DNA of 20,000 nucleotides. Source: Priapulus caudatus. Its lineage: Eukaryota. The translations under genes were made by a program, and so were the position numbers. The notes below the pieces were generated by a model. The model was not told where the DNA came from, did no database searches, and saw only the letters and a list, made by a program, of their open reading frames with translations. Positions 1 through 12,582 of this stretch are shown in pieces. Each line of letters starts with the position of its first letter. The first letter of the stretch is position 1. Where the stretch lies: contig NW_014577070.1 of NCBI RefSeq assembly GCF_000485595.1, forward strand, positions 54,603 through 74,602, read 5' to 3'.

Positions 1-819
1 GAATGATTGCCGTAACGGGATGCATGCCTTGCTACGTAAGGCGTCTACATCCAGGCGCCTAGCTCGGCGCCTTAATAGTAGTCCAGCAGATTAAGTCAAT
101 ATATTTTGGGAGAATCTGTCAAATTGCGAGACAAGCACCAAAATTGGTATGAATACTCCTCTGGGACTACTATTTTTAAAAAGCCCGTTAGCTACTTAAA
201 AATTCAAGATGGCCGCCATTTTTTAAGATGGCCACCATTCCTGAAACAAAATTACTATTTTTGCCATAAAATTTGACAGAATAGTCCGATTTGAATGATC
301 TTAGCATCAAATCATATATTCTTGACTACAAGGAAGCTGAATATAAGCGCAGTTCCCCACTATCCCCTGGTCGCGTGCCGATTTTCCATCACTAATTGAT
401 AATGGCAGCGTAACAAAACCTCGTGAAACTAAAAACTTCCGAAACGCACGCGAGCTGATATTATACTAGAAAAAAACACTCCTTCTTTCATTGTACGTCA
501 GAATGAATTAATAACGTTGAATGGAATGAGGAGGGATATAGGAGCTATGAAGTTGGGAGTGAGACTGATGAGAAATAAAAGCTAAGGAGGAATATCGAAC
601 GAGTAAAATGGATCGGGAAGGGCAAGATAGTTGTTTTGTACTGACCATGTATAACCACTATTGGGAAGCATAGAGAGAAGAAAGGTTTTGAACTGCATTC
701 GCCCCGTGTTTGCAAGGCTCGTCGACAACACACTGACATCGCCTCGCGCGGGGGGAGGTGATGGCCCGGGGGGTGGGTACCCCGCACAGTGACGTACATA
801 TATATATATGCGCCGCATT

Positions 820-945
820 ATTGCCCCCCCCCCATTTTTCCTTGCCATCTTTTTGTGCCCCACATTTTTTCCTAGCCATTTTTTTGCCCCCCAATCTTTC
901 CCTTGCCATCTTTGTGCCCCCAATTTTTCCCTTGTCATCTTTTTA
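820..945. repeat. ~30-bp tandem repeat, about 4 copies
   Basis: Unit approx. TTTTTCCTTGCCATCTTTTTGTGCCCCA(C)A; GCCAT/GTCAT recurs at 844, 875, 905, 934. Confidence 0.85.
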
Positions 946-1217
946 CCTCTGCCAGGGGCATGGCGGGGGTTATGTTTTCACCGGCGAGTTTTTGAGTGTT
1001 GTTTTGTGTGTTTGTGTGTTACCATGCACGTTTCAGTTCACTTCCGCTAGGTGCGCTGGCTGTAGACTTACAAACACGCAACCACAGGCTAAGGGGCAAC
1101 CACAGTCCTCCCCACCTGCCACGCTCGCACTAATCCGGATCCACATTAATAAAAAATTTCACATTGAGAAAATTCCAGGCTGCCTTGGCGGAGGTCTGTG
1201 CTCTCCGAGTGCTCTAG

Positions 1218-1320
1218 TTGCCCTATGTTTTTACCATCGAGCCATTTTTTTGCCCCATGTTTTTACCATCGAGCCATCTTTTTACCCCATGTTTTCACTG
1301 TCGAGCCATGTTTTTGCCCT
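1218..1320. repeat. 32-bp tandem repeat, about 3 copies
   Basis: Unit approx. ATGTTTTTACCATCGAGCCATTTTTTTGCCCC starting at 1225, 1257, 1289. Confidence 0.85.
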
Positions 1321-1612
1321 CTTTTCCCATTTAGGTGGAGCACCCTATCCCCCAAAAAAGTGAGTACCCCCCCCGGTGGGGGGTGGGGGGTGGGTGATGG
1401 GGCGGGCGGCACCGCGGTTGACGCCCCTCCATGTCTCAAACGTAACACAGCAGATCTACCTCAACACTCGCCGCCATGTTTGGCTCGCTTTCGCCCGCGA
1501 TACTATTATCGCGTTCACACATAGTTTGGCTCAAGCTAAATGGGCTAAATTTGGCTTAGGCAAAATTTGGCTCGGGCCGGTTCGAGTCGGAGCGTTCACA
1601 CGTACGTAAGTG

Positions 1613-1793
1613 NNNNNNNNNNNNNNNNNNNNNNNNNNNNNNNNNNNNNNNNNNNNNNNNNNNNNNNNNNNNNNNNNNNNNNNNNNNNNNNNNNNNNNNN
1701 NNNNNNNNNNNNNNNNNNNNNNNNNNNNNNNNNNNNNNNNNNNNNNNNNNNNNNNNNNNNNNNNNNNNNNNNNNNNNNNNNNNNNNNNNNNNN
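1613..1793. other. Assembly gap
   Basis: Run of N. Confidence 1.
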
Positions 1794-1957
1794 CATGAGT
1801 TCCGGCAGTAAATCAGAAGGAGTATTGTGACTCCTGACTCGCGTTAAATTCCGCACCTTGTATGAGTATAATTTCGTTACGCGGGGTGTAATGCATCGAA
1901 CGCTGCCTGCAATTGCCCATTCTGCGCTAGCAAGGCACGAATGGTATTATAGTCGAA

Positions 1958-2820
1958 CACCTAATATAATATATATACCTATATATACAACCTATAAAAC
2001 CTATATATACCTATTAATAGCACCTATACCTATATAATACCTATTAAAACAACCTAATACCCTATATATTATATAGCAGGGCTATACTATATATACCGTA
2101 TTATAATACACCCTATACCTATATATACCTATTATATACACCCTATAACTATATATTTTATATACACTATACCTTAATATAAACACCTATTATATTATAT
2201 ACAGCTATACCTAATATATACCTATAAATAGTACACCTATACCTATAAACATACTACCTATTAGTATTCATATACACCCTATACCATATATATAGCCTAT
2301 TATATACACGTATACGCTATATATAGCCTATTATAATACACCTTAATATCTATAAGTATACCTATTATATACACCTATACCGTATATATATAATACAGCT
2401 ATACCTTATAATATACACTATTAATACACGCTATACCTATATATACCTATATATTATATACACCTATACCTATATATATCTATATATTATATACACCTAT
2501 ACCTATATATATACCTATATATTATATACACCTATACCTATATATACCTATATATTATATACACCTATACCTATATATTATATACACCTATACCTATATA
2601 TACCTATATATTATATACACCTATACCTATATATATACCTATATATTATATACACCTATACCTATATATACCTATATATTATATACACATATACCTATAT
2701 ATACCTATATATACCTATATATACCTATATATACCTATATATACCTATATATACCTATATATACCTATACCTATATATACCTATATATTATATACACCTA
2801 TTACATACACCTATTATATT
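1958..2820. repeat. AT-rich minisatellite (TATACC/TATATA/TATTATATACACC modules)
   Basis: Repeated TATACCTATATATTATATACACC variants, with a pure (TATATACCTA)n 10-mer tract at ~2690-2770. The first half is noisy and the second half clean. Confidence 0.95.
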
Positions 2821-3257
2821 AACTCGCACCGCTGCCGTCGATACCATTAACGAAAGTCATCAACTTTTTTACTCGTGCCAAATGTTTGGCGGCGTGTTTT
2901 GTCACTTTCGTTATTATCAGGCGGCTGAGTGCGCCGATCGCAAATATTCGGTCGCGTTCCGACGGCTCTATGGAGATGAACTCTGCACAGCTCTATTTCA
3001 TTTAGCTGGATCTGATGAATGTAATTGTAAAGGTTTGATTATTTTCTAAGGGTATCGTGCCACTGCAATGTACGTTTATTGCAAAACGCACACATTCGCA
3101 GTTCAGCAGCCATTAGTATACATTACCCCCACAGCTACTAGAAGCACGATTTAAGTAGTTATACTGTTTCAATGCCTGTATTTATGTCACTTGTTAGCTA
3201 ATAAGAAGCTTCGATAATCAGGAAATGTGTAATCACCATGCTATATATAATTATGAT

Positions 3258-3352
3258 CAGGAGTACATAATATAGATTAATTATGTACTCTCAGAGAGTA
3301 TCTCAGAGATTATCTACTCTTAGAGATCATCTATCTCTATTGTGTACTCTTG
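3258..3352. mobile_element. ~95-bp MITE, CA(A/G)GAGTA family, copy A (P-superfamily-like)
   Basis: Left TIR CAGGAGTACATAATATAGAT vs reverse complement of right end CAAGAGTACACAATAGAGAT (17/20). Flanks TTATGAT / ATATGAT give a 7-bp TSD with 1 mismatch. Confidence 0.6.
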
Positions 3353-3759
3353 ATATGATACCACGAGCCATTACCCCTATTGTATTTTCCAGCACGATTA
3401 CCATGTCGTGTGAAGTATTGTTTACGCCACCGTACGCCGCACCGTAAGATATTGTTTCCCCGCATTTTCAGGCACTGTTACCAGCGCTCTAAAGTTGACC
3501 TACAAGCTTTGCAATTAGCTTTGTTAGCCGGCACACGCTGCATGCGCCGTTATCAGCGTTCGTTGAGGTATTGTTCGCTGTAATCACCGACTGCTGAATC
3601 CAGCCGAACATTCCCTGCTTCTATGAAGATTTACGGCGGCCGATTAATTGAAAGGATGAATAAACTCGGTAATAATGGACGAGACAACAAGGCTCGGGCA
3701 CTAATGAGTTCAGCAGATTCCGTGCACTGAGTTAAGCGCTCCGACCGCTAGCCGTCACC

Positions 3760-4600
3760 ACCAGCCCCGACACAATCACCCCCAACCCCACAGCCGCCAC
3801 AATCACCCCCAACCCACAGCCGCCACAATCACCCCCAACCCACAGCCGCCATATCATTCCCAACCCAACAATCACCGCGCAACCCCACAGCCGCCACAAT
3901 CACCCCCGACCCACAGCCGCCACAATCACCCAACCCCACAGCCGCCAACAAATCAACCCGCCAACCCAACAAGCCGCCAATAATATCCAACCCCACAATC
4001 ACCCCCAACCCCACAGCCCGCCACATATCACCCCAACCCCACAGCCGCCCACAATCACCCCAACCCCAACAGCCGCCACAATCACCCCCCAACCCCATCA
4101 GCCGCCACAATTCATCGCACAACCCACACAGCCAGCCACAATCATCCCCCCAACCCCACAGCCGCCACAATCCACCCCAACCCCAACAGCCGCCACAATC
4201 ATCCCAACACCGCACAGCCGCCACAATCACCCCACGCCCACAGCCGCCACACTCAACCCCCAACCCCACATTAGCCCCAACCCCACAAACCGCCAACCAA
4301 ATCATCCCCAACACCCACAGCCGCCACAATTACCCGCACCCACTACGCCACAATCACCCCACCCGACAAATCAACCCCCAACCCACAGCCGACCGACAAT
4401 CATCCCCAACCCCACAATCACCGACCCAACGCCACAGCCGCCCGACAACACCCAACACCCACAGCCGCCACAATCCACCCCCACCCCACAGCGCCACAAT
4501 CACCGCCCAACCACCACAGCCGCCACAATCAATCCCCCAACCCCACACCTGCCACAATCACCCCAACTCCACAGCCGCCACAATCACCCCAACCCCACAT
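3760..4600. repeat. 27-bp C-rich minisatellite, roughly 30 noisy copies
   Basis: Unit GCCGCCACAATCACCCCCAACCCCACA, the same unit as the clean array at 18484-18565. Confidence 0.95.
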
Positions 4601-4721
4601 CATCCCCCAACACAACCACCGCCACGCCACCAGCATCACCGAACACCGACCGCCAGCAGCGCCGCATCCGCCTCTTGCTCCACCACAACCACCTAAACCA
4701 CTAACACCATCATCGAATCAT

Positions 4722-4915
4722 TGTTCAAATCTTATTAGTTGATAGGAGTTTAATTATGCAGAGACATAATAGCAGATAAGAGTGAGAATGAAACTAAACT
4801 GTAAACTCCATTTAATTACGCAAAGCCCGAGAGATGTCTAATTGTAGTCGATATAACGGATCCTCATAACTTAGCCAGATCAACTGCTACGCAATGAGCG
4901 CTATATATTGTTACA
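4722..4915 (-). repeat. 3' LTR
   Basis: TGTTCAAATCTT...GCGCTATATATTGTTACA on +, homologous along its length to 9621-9814. Confidence 0.93.
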
Positions 4916-4930
4916 TCCTATTCTGCCTTT
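4916..4930 (-). other. Polypurine tract (PPT)
   Basis: Minus strand reads AAAGGCAGAATAGGA immediately before the 3' LTR. Confidence 0.65.
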
Positions 4931-5207
4931 ACTAAAAGAACAAACTTTAAAATAATTACCGTTGACCATTACTCAACAACAAACATTACAGAGTCTCGAC
5001 AAGAAAATCTTCGTTGACGCGATTTCTATAAACCGAAGTATAAGTATACCCTTCATCTTGAAGTACATTAAATAAATCAGTCTGCACTGCTTTCAAACCT
5101 GTCTGACTCATCTTAAACACAACTTTCTTAGTAAGAACTGAATCTCGAATAACTTGTCATGTTGCAACTTTGCAATAATGATGGTTCATCCCTAGCACTA
5201 GTACCTT

Positions 5208-8200
5208 TCACAGATTAAGTTGACTGGTTTGTAAAACCTTCCTGCCACATCTCGACACAACCACTGGAGGTGCGTGTCGATGTCTTCAACTCCAGGTGCG
5301 TCTTTTGGGAGGACTGCCTGCGATTATTGCTGTCACATCGCAGTGATGGCATCGGCAGTCCTTGGCGAACTCGGGAATTGCATCCGAGTGTGTCACCGGA
5401 ATGTCCTCATACTCCTGCAGCATCCCGTACTGCTTGTCCTCTGGCCGATTTCCGTAGATGACGTCGGTTTACCCGCTCGTCAAATCGCTTCCGGATTCCG
5501 TTCGACGTTGTACGATCGTGTGGACACCTCTTGTTGTACTGTACCTTGTTTCGCACTCTTCTGTCCTGCGAAGGTGGCAATACGAAAAAGTGTCACACAC
5601 CGTGAGCGGTTCTAGGTTTCTTGCGCCACGATTGTAATAGAGCGCCTGTTTCTCCTTAATGCGCCTTCTAGTTGACGAGAACACAGATTTCGAATCTGTG
5701 TTTTAGTAGAGTTTGGCCTTCATTGGCCTGTAGCGTTGAGGCGACGGTTCATCTAACCGTTGAGCTGGACTGCTGTCCATAGACTGCGACGGGGGTAATT
5801 GCGGAAAAGTCTAAGAAGCGCCAAAGTAAAGGATCAGTTTGAAAACCTTGCTAGGTTGGCATAAGTCGTTTGGGTGTGCTTCACAGCCTGTTCCGCCTTC
5901 TCATTGCTTTTGCGGGTAGCCTGGAGATGATTCACATGACAAATCCCATTCTCCTCGCGAATCTTGCGAAATTCCTCCGCACTGAATTGTGGGCCGTTGT
6001 CGCTAATTACCGTGTTCGGTACAACCGTGCGTGCAAACTGAGCACGCAACTTTACTATCACGTCGACGGAACTTCGTATCTGGAGATAGTCAACTTCCCA
6101 GAAAGTTTGAGAAATAGTCGCACGGTTATGAGGTAGTTTTTCTCATGTAATGCTGAAAAATCACACGCCGACGCTTTGACCACGGTTGGTTCGGTATGTC
6201 ATGGGAAATGGAGAGTTTCCTTCTGCTGAATTGTTTTCGTAGGTCCGACAAGCTCTCACATCCGACTGATGTACTCGCGAATCTCAGCAATTCATGTGGG
6301 CCAAATATACAAGTTTCACGGGCCCCTTCGAGACACGGCCTTCGATGCCCGCGTGAGGACGAGTGAATTCTTGAGTTTATGTCGAATGCAGTTGACTTGG
6401 TAATCACTACGCGTTCGCCTCGAATACAACTCCACCTGCAACTACGAGTTCATCTCGTAACGTGTAGTAGGGTTGACCTCCTAGCAAGTCATAGAGTATT
6501 TTTCCGGGGCACCGGGTGCCTCCGGCCAGCCATGTAGGATCACCCCATCCTGTAGTGTTTCAGAGTCCATCATCCTTGCTTGTCTCCCGTTGGACTCTTG
6601 TAGACGTGCGCATCCGTGATTGGATATGTCTTTGAGTCCATGTTAGGTCTTCGTAAGTCAGAGGAGAGTTCTGATCCCCAGTTGAAGCATCTTTGTCTAC
6701 CAAAGAAAGCGCGATCTGAGAGTGTCCCGCTAGGTACATTGACTTTTCCAGGTGATACATTTACTGTGTACGTGTAGCGCTCTGTAAACGTAGCAGCAAT
6801 TCGCTGTAAAACGCTTCGGAGGCGGAAGTGAAGAGAACTTCTTAGCGATCAATTTCGAGAGGTTTAGTGATCACCTCTGGACGGTGGACCTTGGCCTACC
6901 GTACGTGTAGTGGTTGAAATCTCTCGCAGTCCGAACACCACTGCAAGGAGTTCTTTCTCTATTTGGCCGCAAGCGCGTTTCTAACATCTGTGAGTCGGCT
7001 CGATTTGCGAATAGCAACGCTGGTGACCATTATTTGAAGGATGAGCGCTCCCAGTCCTTTTCCGATGCATCACAATTGTAGAGTCACTTCTTCCTTTGCA
7101 TTAAAGTAACGCAGTATGGTTGCGAAGTCACCAAGTCGTTTATCTCGCGCACCGCTTGAGTGTGTTTCCAGCCAGCACCACTCACATGTCTTTGCTGTGT
7201 AGCTCCTTAGTTTCACACTGGTCACTCAGTCCGAGGTAAGAACTTACTCAGGGTACGTCAGCAAATCCAATGAATGGACGCACCAGCGCAGCAACATTCT
7301 GTCGGTCTCCGGCATCTCTGTGACTGCTTTCATCCTTCGCCGGATCTGGAACTTGAGAACCTTTAAGCTGTGATTAGGTGACCGTGAAGCGAACTTCTTC
7401 TGTCGAACGTCGGAGTTTGCCCCTTAATTGAGCTTCACCGCATCGCACGACACCTTCGCAAGTAGATCCTCAGTTTAACGTCATGATCTGCGATGGCTTC
7501 CTTCTCAGAGTCCCCTCGCCATAGACCAAGATGTCGTCGCACAATACTGTGGCGACGAGCCAGGCAGACCTCAACAGCGCTGGTCCTGCCCTTCGCTGGT
7601 ATTGCTTCGGTGCTGATGAAATACCGAACGAGCAACGGAAGCGCAGCGATATCTCCCAAAATTGGAGGTAAATGCAGGAGTAGCGAGCTCTCGTTGTCTA
7701 GTTCTACGTGCCAGAATCCATCTTTGCGTCCAATACGCTGAAACACTTTGGCATTCGGTTGGTAAGCTCGGCAAGATCTCCTCGATATCGGAAGAGGATA
7801 GTCGACTTCTCTTTAGTGCCTTGTTCAGTCTTTAGGTCTATGCAAATACGGAGCTTCCTCCGGTTTCACTACCGTCACCATACTTGACACCCATCGCAGT
7901 AGGTTCGGTCACAGGAGCTATGGACATCCATGCTCTCGAGCTTGTCCAGTTCATCTTCAGCCGATCCTTTATCCGCAATAGGGACGCTTTCCTAGGAGGA
8001 TGTACGACCGGAAATTACATCAGGGTCGACACTCAGGTGTAATGTCCCTTTAAATCTTCCGTAGCCCGTTGAAGACCATCCGCGAACTGCTTACAATGTC
8101 TGACGACGTGTGAGGTTCAAGGTACATCTCTAACACTAAGAATGTTTGATGCGCTGTACTGTAACAAGGTTCATATTCTGTATCAGCACTTCCCCAGGAT

Positions 8201-9480
8201 CAGAGGTGTGGGCACTTTTCATTCACGCACCACAAAGTTGCTGTGTGTACTGATCATTCTGGGTTATGTATCCTAGTAGAGGCATTTCCCATTGGAGTAT
8301 ACAGTGGTCCCTGTTGAACATTCTGAGGATGTTCCTCGTGTAGGTCCTCTCATTTCTGCATTTCGTGGTACAAGTCCTTCGGTATAATATTACACGTTGC
8401 CACCACTGTCCACATTGATACGTTAACGAGGCCGTCGACGACCACCACAGTCCCAAGGCTGCAAAGATTTCTCCTGACGCCCCCCGCACAGAATTACAGG
8501 TTTCGTCTGATCTTTGCGAGGTTGTTCATGAGGAACAACGAGGAGCTCATGATAATTCTCCACATCGTAAATCATCCGTGACTCACGTTGATATGCTGTC
8601 CTCGCACTTTACTATTCAGGCGAGGCTGGTTCTCCCCTTGTGGCAACTTTCACAATTTTGCTCGAAGTGGTTCGGTTTGTGGCCATATTTCTGCCAGATT
8701 TTGCCATACGCAGGACATAGCTCTCGTTTAGTACATGTGTCTTGGCCACATGTACAAACATTCTCTAGCGTGTTGGTTCTTCTCTTGTGAGGGTGTCCTT
8801 TCTAAGCCTTTGAGTCGGACAGCGGTACAACCTTCCTTTTGTGTATACCTCACTTGTGTACTTCCTGCCTCTGCAAGATGCACCTCCATCTAACAGTGCG
8901 TACATTTTGTTTCGTGAGCATCTGCTGCTCTATGCTAGCTCAATACGTTATCCAGTGTTAGCTCAGGATTCTCAATAGCCTTCTTCAGATGCTGTCTTGT
9001 ACAACCGAGCTATACCAGTGTTATGGCTCGCACTAAGGAGTCAGCTAGATCCCCAAGTATGCACGTTTGATGATAGCGTCTTCAACATCGGTGATAACAT
9101 TTCTCAAGTGTTTTCGTCACCTTGTACATCGCATAATTAATACTTGAAACGCTCTAATAGTCTCGTTTTCTTCGGTTGACAGTACGTGTCAATTGTCGGA
9201 GAAAACAATTTCTATCGTTCTGTCTTCCTCCTCCTGCTGCGCATCTCTGTGTCGTGTAAATTTCCGCGACTTCAGGGCTATGCAGGTATTTCAGCGTTTT
9301 TATTTTCTCATCTTCCGTGTTCCTTGAGTGGGCTAGTTCAGCATACAGTACAAACTCTTCCCTCCACTTCTTCCAGTCATTCGCAAGACTGGCGCCCGGT
9401 CTTAGAATTAAAATTCTAACTTCGAAGGTGAGGAGAGCGTTCAGAGCCTAATAGCTACAAGTACTTGGCCACCAGTCTAC
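5208..9480 (-). pseudogene. Gypsy gag-pol polyprotein, fragmented by many frameshifts (possibly sequencing errors); start approximate
   Basis: Minus-strand motifs, read across frameshifts: gag LANDWKKW (~9360-9395); Zn knuckle ELCPAYGKI..HKPNHF (~8650-8760); protease DSG(A)TCN-like (~8390-8420); RT KDGFWHVELDNESSLL and DDILVYG..EAIADHDVKLR (~7440-7750); RNase H CDAS..GLGA and EKELLAVVFG (~6930-7085); integrase IHSS..ARE..CES, VISDNGPQFSAEEF, KAEQAVK (~5830-6400); C-terminal KPV.LNL* ending at 5208. Confidence 0.9.
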
Positions 9481-9608
9481 TGTAGTCCTTTGTTCAGGAA
9501 TCACGAGGCTGTCCGAGTTGGAGCACTCCGGAATTTCACGTCGAATTGTCACGGAACTCTTACAGTTCAAAGCTCCGCACTGATGACTGTGTCCACGTTC
9601 AGGCATGG

Positions 9609-9620
9609 CTTCTGACACCA
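9609..9620 (-). other. Primer binding site complementary to tRNA-Leu
   Basis: Minus strand TGGTGTCAGAAG directly after the 5' LTR, complementary to the CTTCTGACACCA 3' end of tRNA-Leu(CAA). This PBS is common in Mag-group elements. Confidence 0.85.
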
Positions 9621-9814
9621 TGTTCAAATCTTTAGTTAATGAGGAGTGTAATTATGCAGAGACATAATAGCAGATTAAGAGGAGAATGAAACTAACTGTA
9701 AACTCGCATTTATTACCACGCCGAGAGAAATGTTCTATTGTATCCATATAACGGATTCTCTAAACTTTTTAGCCAGAGTCAACGCGTACGCATTGAGCGC
9801 TATATATTGTTACA
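9621..9814 (-). repeat. 5' LTR
   Basis: TGTTCAAATCTTTAG...GCGCTATATATTGTTACA, homologous to 4722-4915 and adjacent to the PBS. Confidence 0.93.
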
Positions 9815-9872
9815 AAGCAATCATCATACATCATTCATTCATCATCACATCAGTCATCATCATGCACGCTAA

Positions 9873-10951
9873 GCTACGATGGTCCGTGATCGCGGAATTA
9901 TTGTTAATTTCTTTGTAGCAGATTGTTTTGAGGCTGGTCCTCAATAAATGAAGGGTAAGCGAAAGGTTATCATCAGAATTGCTCCACGTTCGTTCATACG
10001 ACTTATATTTACATTGCAGAGACCAGAATACAACCAGCATTTCGGAGCAACCAGTGGGTAGTCTGGTCTCAGGCTACGTTGCCCATGTTTACATGGAAGG
10101 CTTTAAAACGAAAAGCTATTTGAGACAGACCTATTTGATCTCAAACGCCAAATGGTGGGTGCGCTACGTAAGATGAAACTTTGGGAAATTACACAATCTG
10201 GTAGGAGTCCAAGTTGGACACAACACTATAACCAGCATGGACATTACTAACATACATCAAATTTACAGGCACGAGAAAGAATCTGATCAATAAATTACGT
10301 TCCCGCGATACACATTATTCAATAACGAAAGAATGGTTCGGTTAAAACTGACTATTTACGTAAAAGTCCACACGGATCAGTAAATTATTTTAAACTTTCC
10401 GTCAATCCATAAACTATCTGTGGTACGGACGCTTACCTAGTGATCGTAAAGATAAGCTCGTAACCGGAGAGTAAGACCAGGAAGCCGAGCTGCGCCACTT
10501 AAAGGACCGGTTAGATCGTTGGAGACCATAAAGAAATACAATTAGTAGCACACGAAGAACAAAACGATATGCGCGCAACGTTACGTGACTGTGTTCAACA
10601 AGATACCGTGTGCCGATGTGCGAAAAAAGTTACATTGGAGAAACGGGCCGTACATTTGAAACCCGCCTAAAAGAGCACAAAAAAGGACGTGGAATACCGT
10701 AGCTCCCGAATCATTTTGAGGAACCAGCGAAACACAGGAAACTACCGGAAATAAATACAATACCGCGAATTCAATGGACCGATGTAGCCGGACCGGCCAA
10801 TCACGACAATTGATTGAGATAGGATTCGATAAGTTATCGATCGTGAGCCAATTAAGAATCAGGCGGTTGGGATTAAGGAAAGGCTATCTGATTCGCAGAT
10901 CCCAAGACGATTAGCAAGCTACGTTTTGGAAACTTCAATTCAAGTGGTAGG
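9873..10951 (+). mobile_element. Penelope-like element fragment, copy 1 (noisy)
   Basis: Colinear with 18732-19952; peptide fragments VAHVYME, KWWVRYV and YIGETGR. Lacks about 190 bp near the 3' end relative to copy 2. Confidence 0.92.
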
Positions 10952-11930
10952 TCTATCTAATGCTATCTATTATCTATCTATCTATCGTTTATCTATCTAT
11001 CTATCTATCTAATCTATCATATCTATCTATCTTATCTATCATCTATCTAGCGTATCTATCTATCTATCTACTATCTAATCTATTATCTATCTATCTATCT
11101 ATCTAGTCTATCTATCATCGTAATCTATTCTATTAATTACTATCTATCTAATCTATCTATCCAATCTATCTATCAATCTGACAGTCAATCCTATTAATCA
11201 TCCCTCTATCCCATCTATCAACTAGTCTAAGGTCGTAATCTTATCTATCTATCTATCTATCTTATCTATCTATCTATCTATCTTATTTACCTATCTATCT
11301 ATTTTATCTATCTATCTAGTTTATCTATCATCTATTTATCTATCTTATCTAAACTAATACATCTATCATTCATATGGCGATGCGATTAGGTGTAGGCATC
11401 TAACTATCTAACTATCCAGTCTATCATCTATCTATCTATCTATTCTATCTATCTATCGTATCTATAACTATTCTAGTCTATCTAGGGGGGTCTAATAATA
11501 TTGTATCTGTGCTTCTATTTGGTCTATCCATCTTATGCCATCTATCCCATCTATTTATCTATCTGATCTAACTAGCCATCTAGTCATTCTATCACATCTA
11601 TCTATCTTAACTAATCTAGACTATCTAAACTATCACATCTAATCATCTATCTATCTATCTATCTATCTATCTTATCTATCTATCCTATCTATCTATCGAT
11701 CTAGTCTATCTATTCTACTATTCTTTCTATCTATCTATCTATCTATCTATCTAATCTATCAATCTATTTATCTATCTATCTACCCACATACTTACCTACC
11801 TACATACCCCCTACCTACCTCCCCAGCTATCCAAACCTACCGACTCACCCCGCAACACGCCACCACCACGCTACCTACCTATAACTAGCGTAAGAATCCA
11901 CTACCCTCCCAACGCACTTACCTACTCTCG
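10952..11930. repeat. Degenerate (TCTA)n microsatellite grading into (CCTA)n
   Basis: TCTA repeats to ~11780, then CTAC/CCTA repeats. Confidence 0.95.
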
Positions 11931-12349
11931 TTCTATGCTCCCACTTCACGCTGAGCGCTGAAGCCTAATACTAAATAGATCTCCGCTGTGCCGGAGCGTA
12001 ATTGTCACATCTATAATTGATAAGCCCCGAGCACGGAACAAAAACAGCTAGCATTGTGTGTGTGTGTGCGCAGATTCTCATGACGTCATGAGCCTCGCGA
12101 AGGGTCGAGACAGAATTTGCATGAGCCCGTCTATTGTGAGAAAGTATTACGATTAGCAAAAGAACATTTGTTGAAAAAAGAACAAAAAGGTTGTGGTGCA
12201 AGCGTGTCGTTGCGTGCGGCGATCGCGTCCGCCTTTGGTGAAATTTTTTTTTACACGGTGGAAGTCTTTCCGGCCGCAGTATAGCTGTTTGCGGGAAGGC
12301 AGGAAACAACTACGCATTTATTCGTAACATCGTAATTATCCATTGATTG

Positions 12350-12462
12350 CTTTCTCACTTCCCTTTCTCTCGCTGTCTGTTCTTTGTCTTTCCCCACTCT
12401 CGAGCTTTCTCTCGGTTGTCACTCTTCTCTCTCTCATCTCTCTCTCCTCTCTCTCTCTCTCA

Positions 12463-12496
<34 letters not shown>

Positions 12497-12551
12497 ATTC
12501 TTCTCTCTCTTCACTCTCTCCCTCTCGCTCTCCTGTCTCTTCCTCTCCTCG

Positions 12552-12582
<31 letters not shown>

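Larger units (their letters stand above)
765..1377. mobile_element. Putative non-autonomous DNA transposon (MITE) with CCCGGGGG..GTAC termini, possibly EnSpm/CACTA-like
   Basis: Left end CCCGGGGGGTGGGTACCC (765) and right end GAGTACCCCCCCCGG(T) (1362-1377) are imperfect inverted repeats, with GG on both flanks. The interior holds two related tandem arrays. Superfamily is inferred from the CCC termini and possible 2-bp TSD. Confidence 0.5.
4722..9814 (-). mobile_element. Structurally full-length Ty3/Gypsy LTR retrotransposon, Mag-like clade
   Basis: Direct LTRs at 4722-4915 and 9621-9814, reading TG..CA on the minus strand. PBS next to the 5' LTR, purine tract next to the 3' LTR, and domain order gag-PR-RT-RH-IN. 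Inserted in a (CAT)n tract. Confidence 0.95.

Noticed and set aside
203..240. Tandem CAAGATGGCCGCC / AAGATGGCCACC YY1-like motifs as a promoter
   Set aside because: No associated gene; such motifs are common inside invertebrate DNA transposon remnants.
545..1609. Cluster of ORFs of 60-200 aa
   Set aside because: They overlap tandem arrays and G/C runs, with no recognisable domain.
3760..4600. CRISPR-like array or Gly/Trp/Cys-rich ORFs (3829-4329, 4354-4557)
   Set aside because: Head-to-tail 27-bp repeats with no unique spacers and no cas genes; the ORFs are translations of the repeat.
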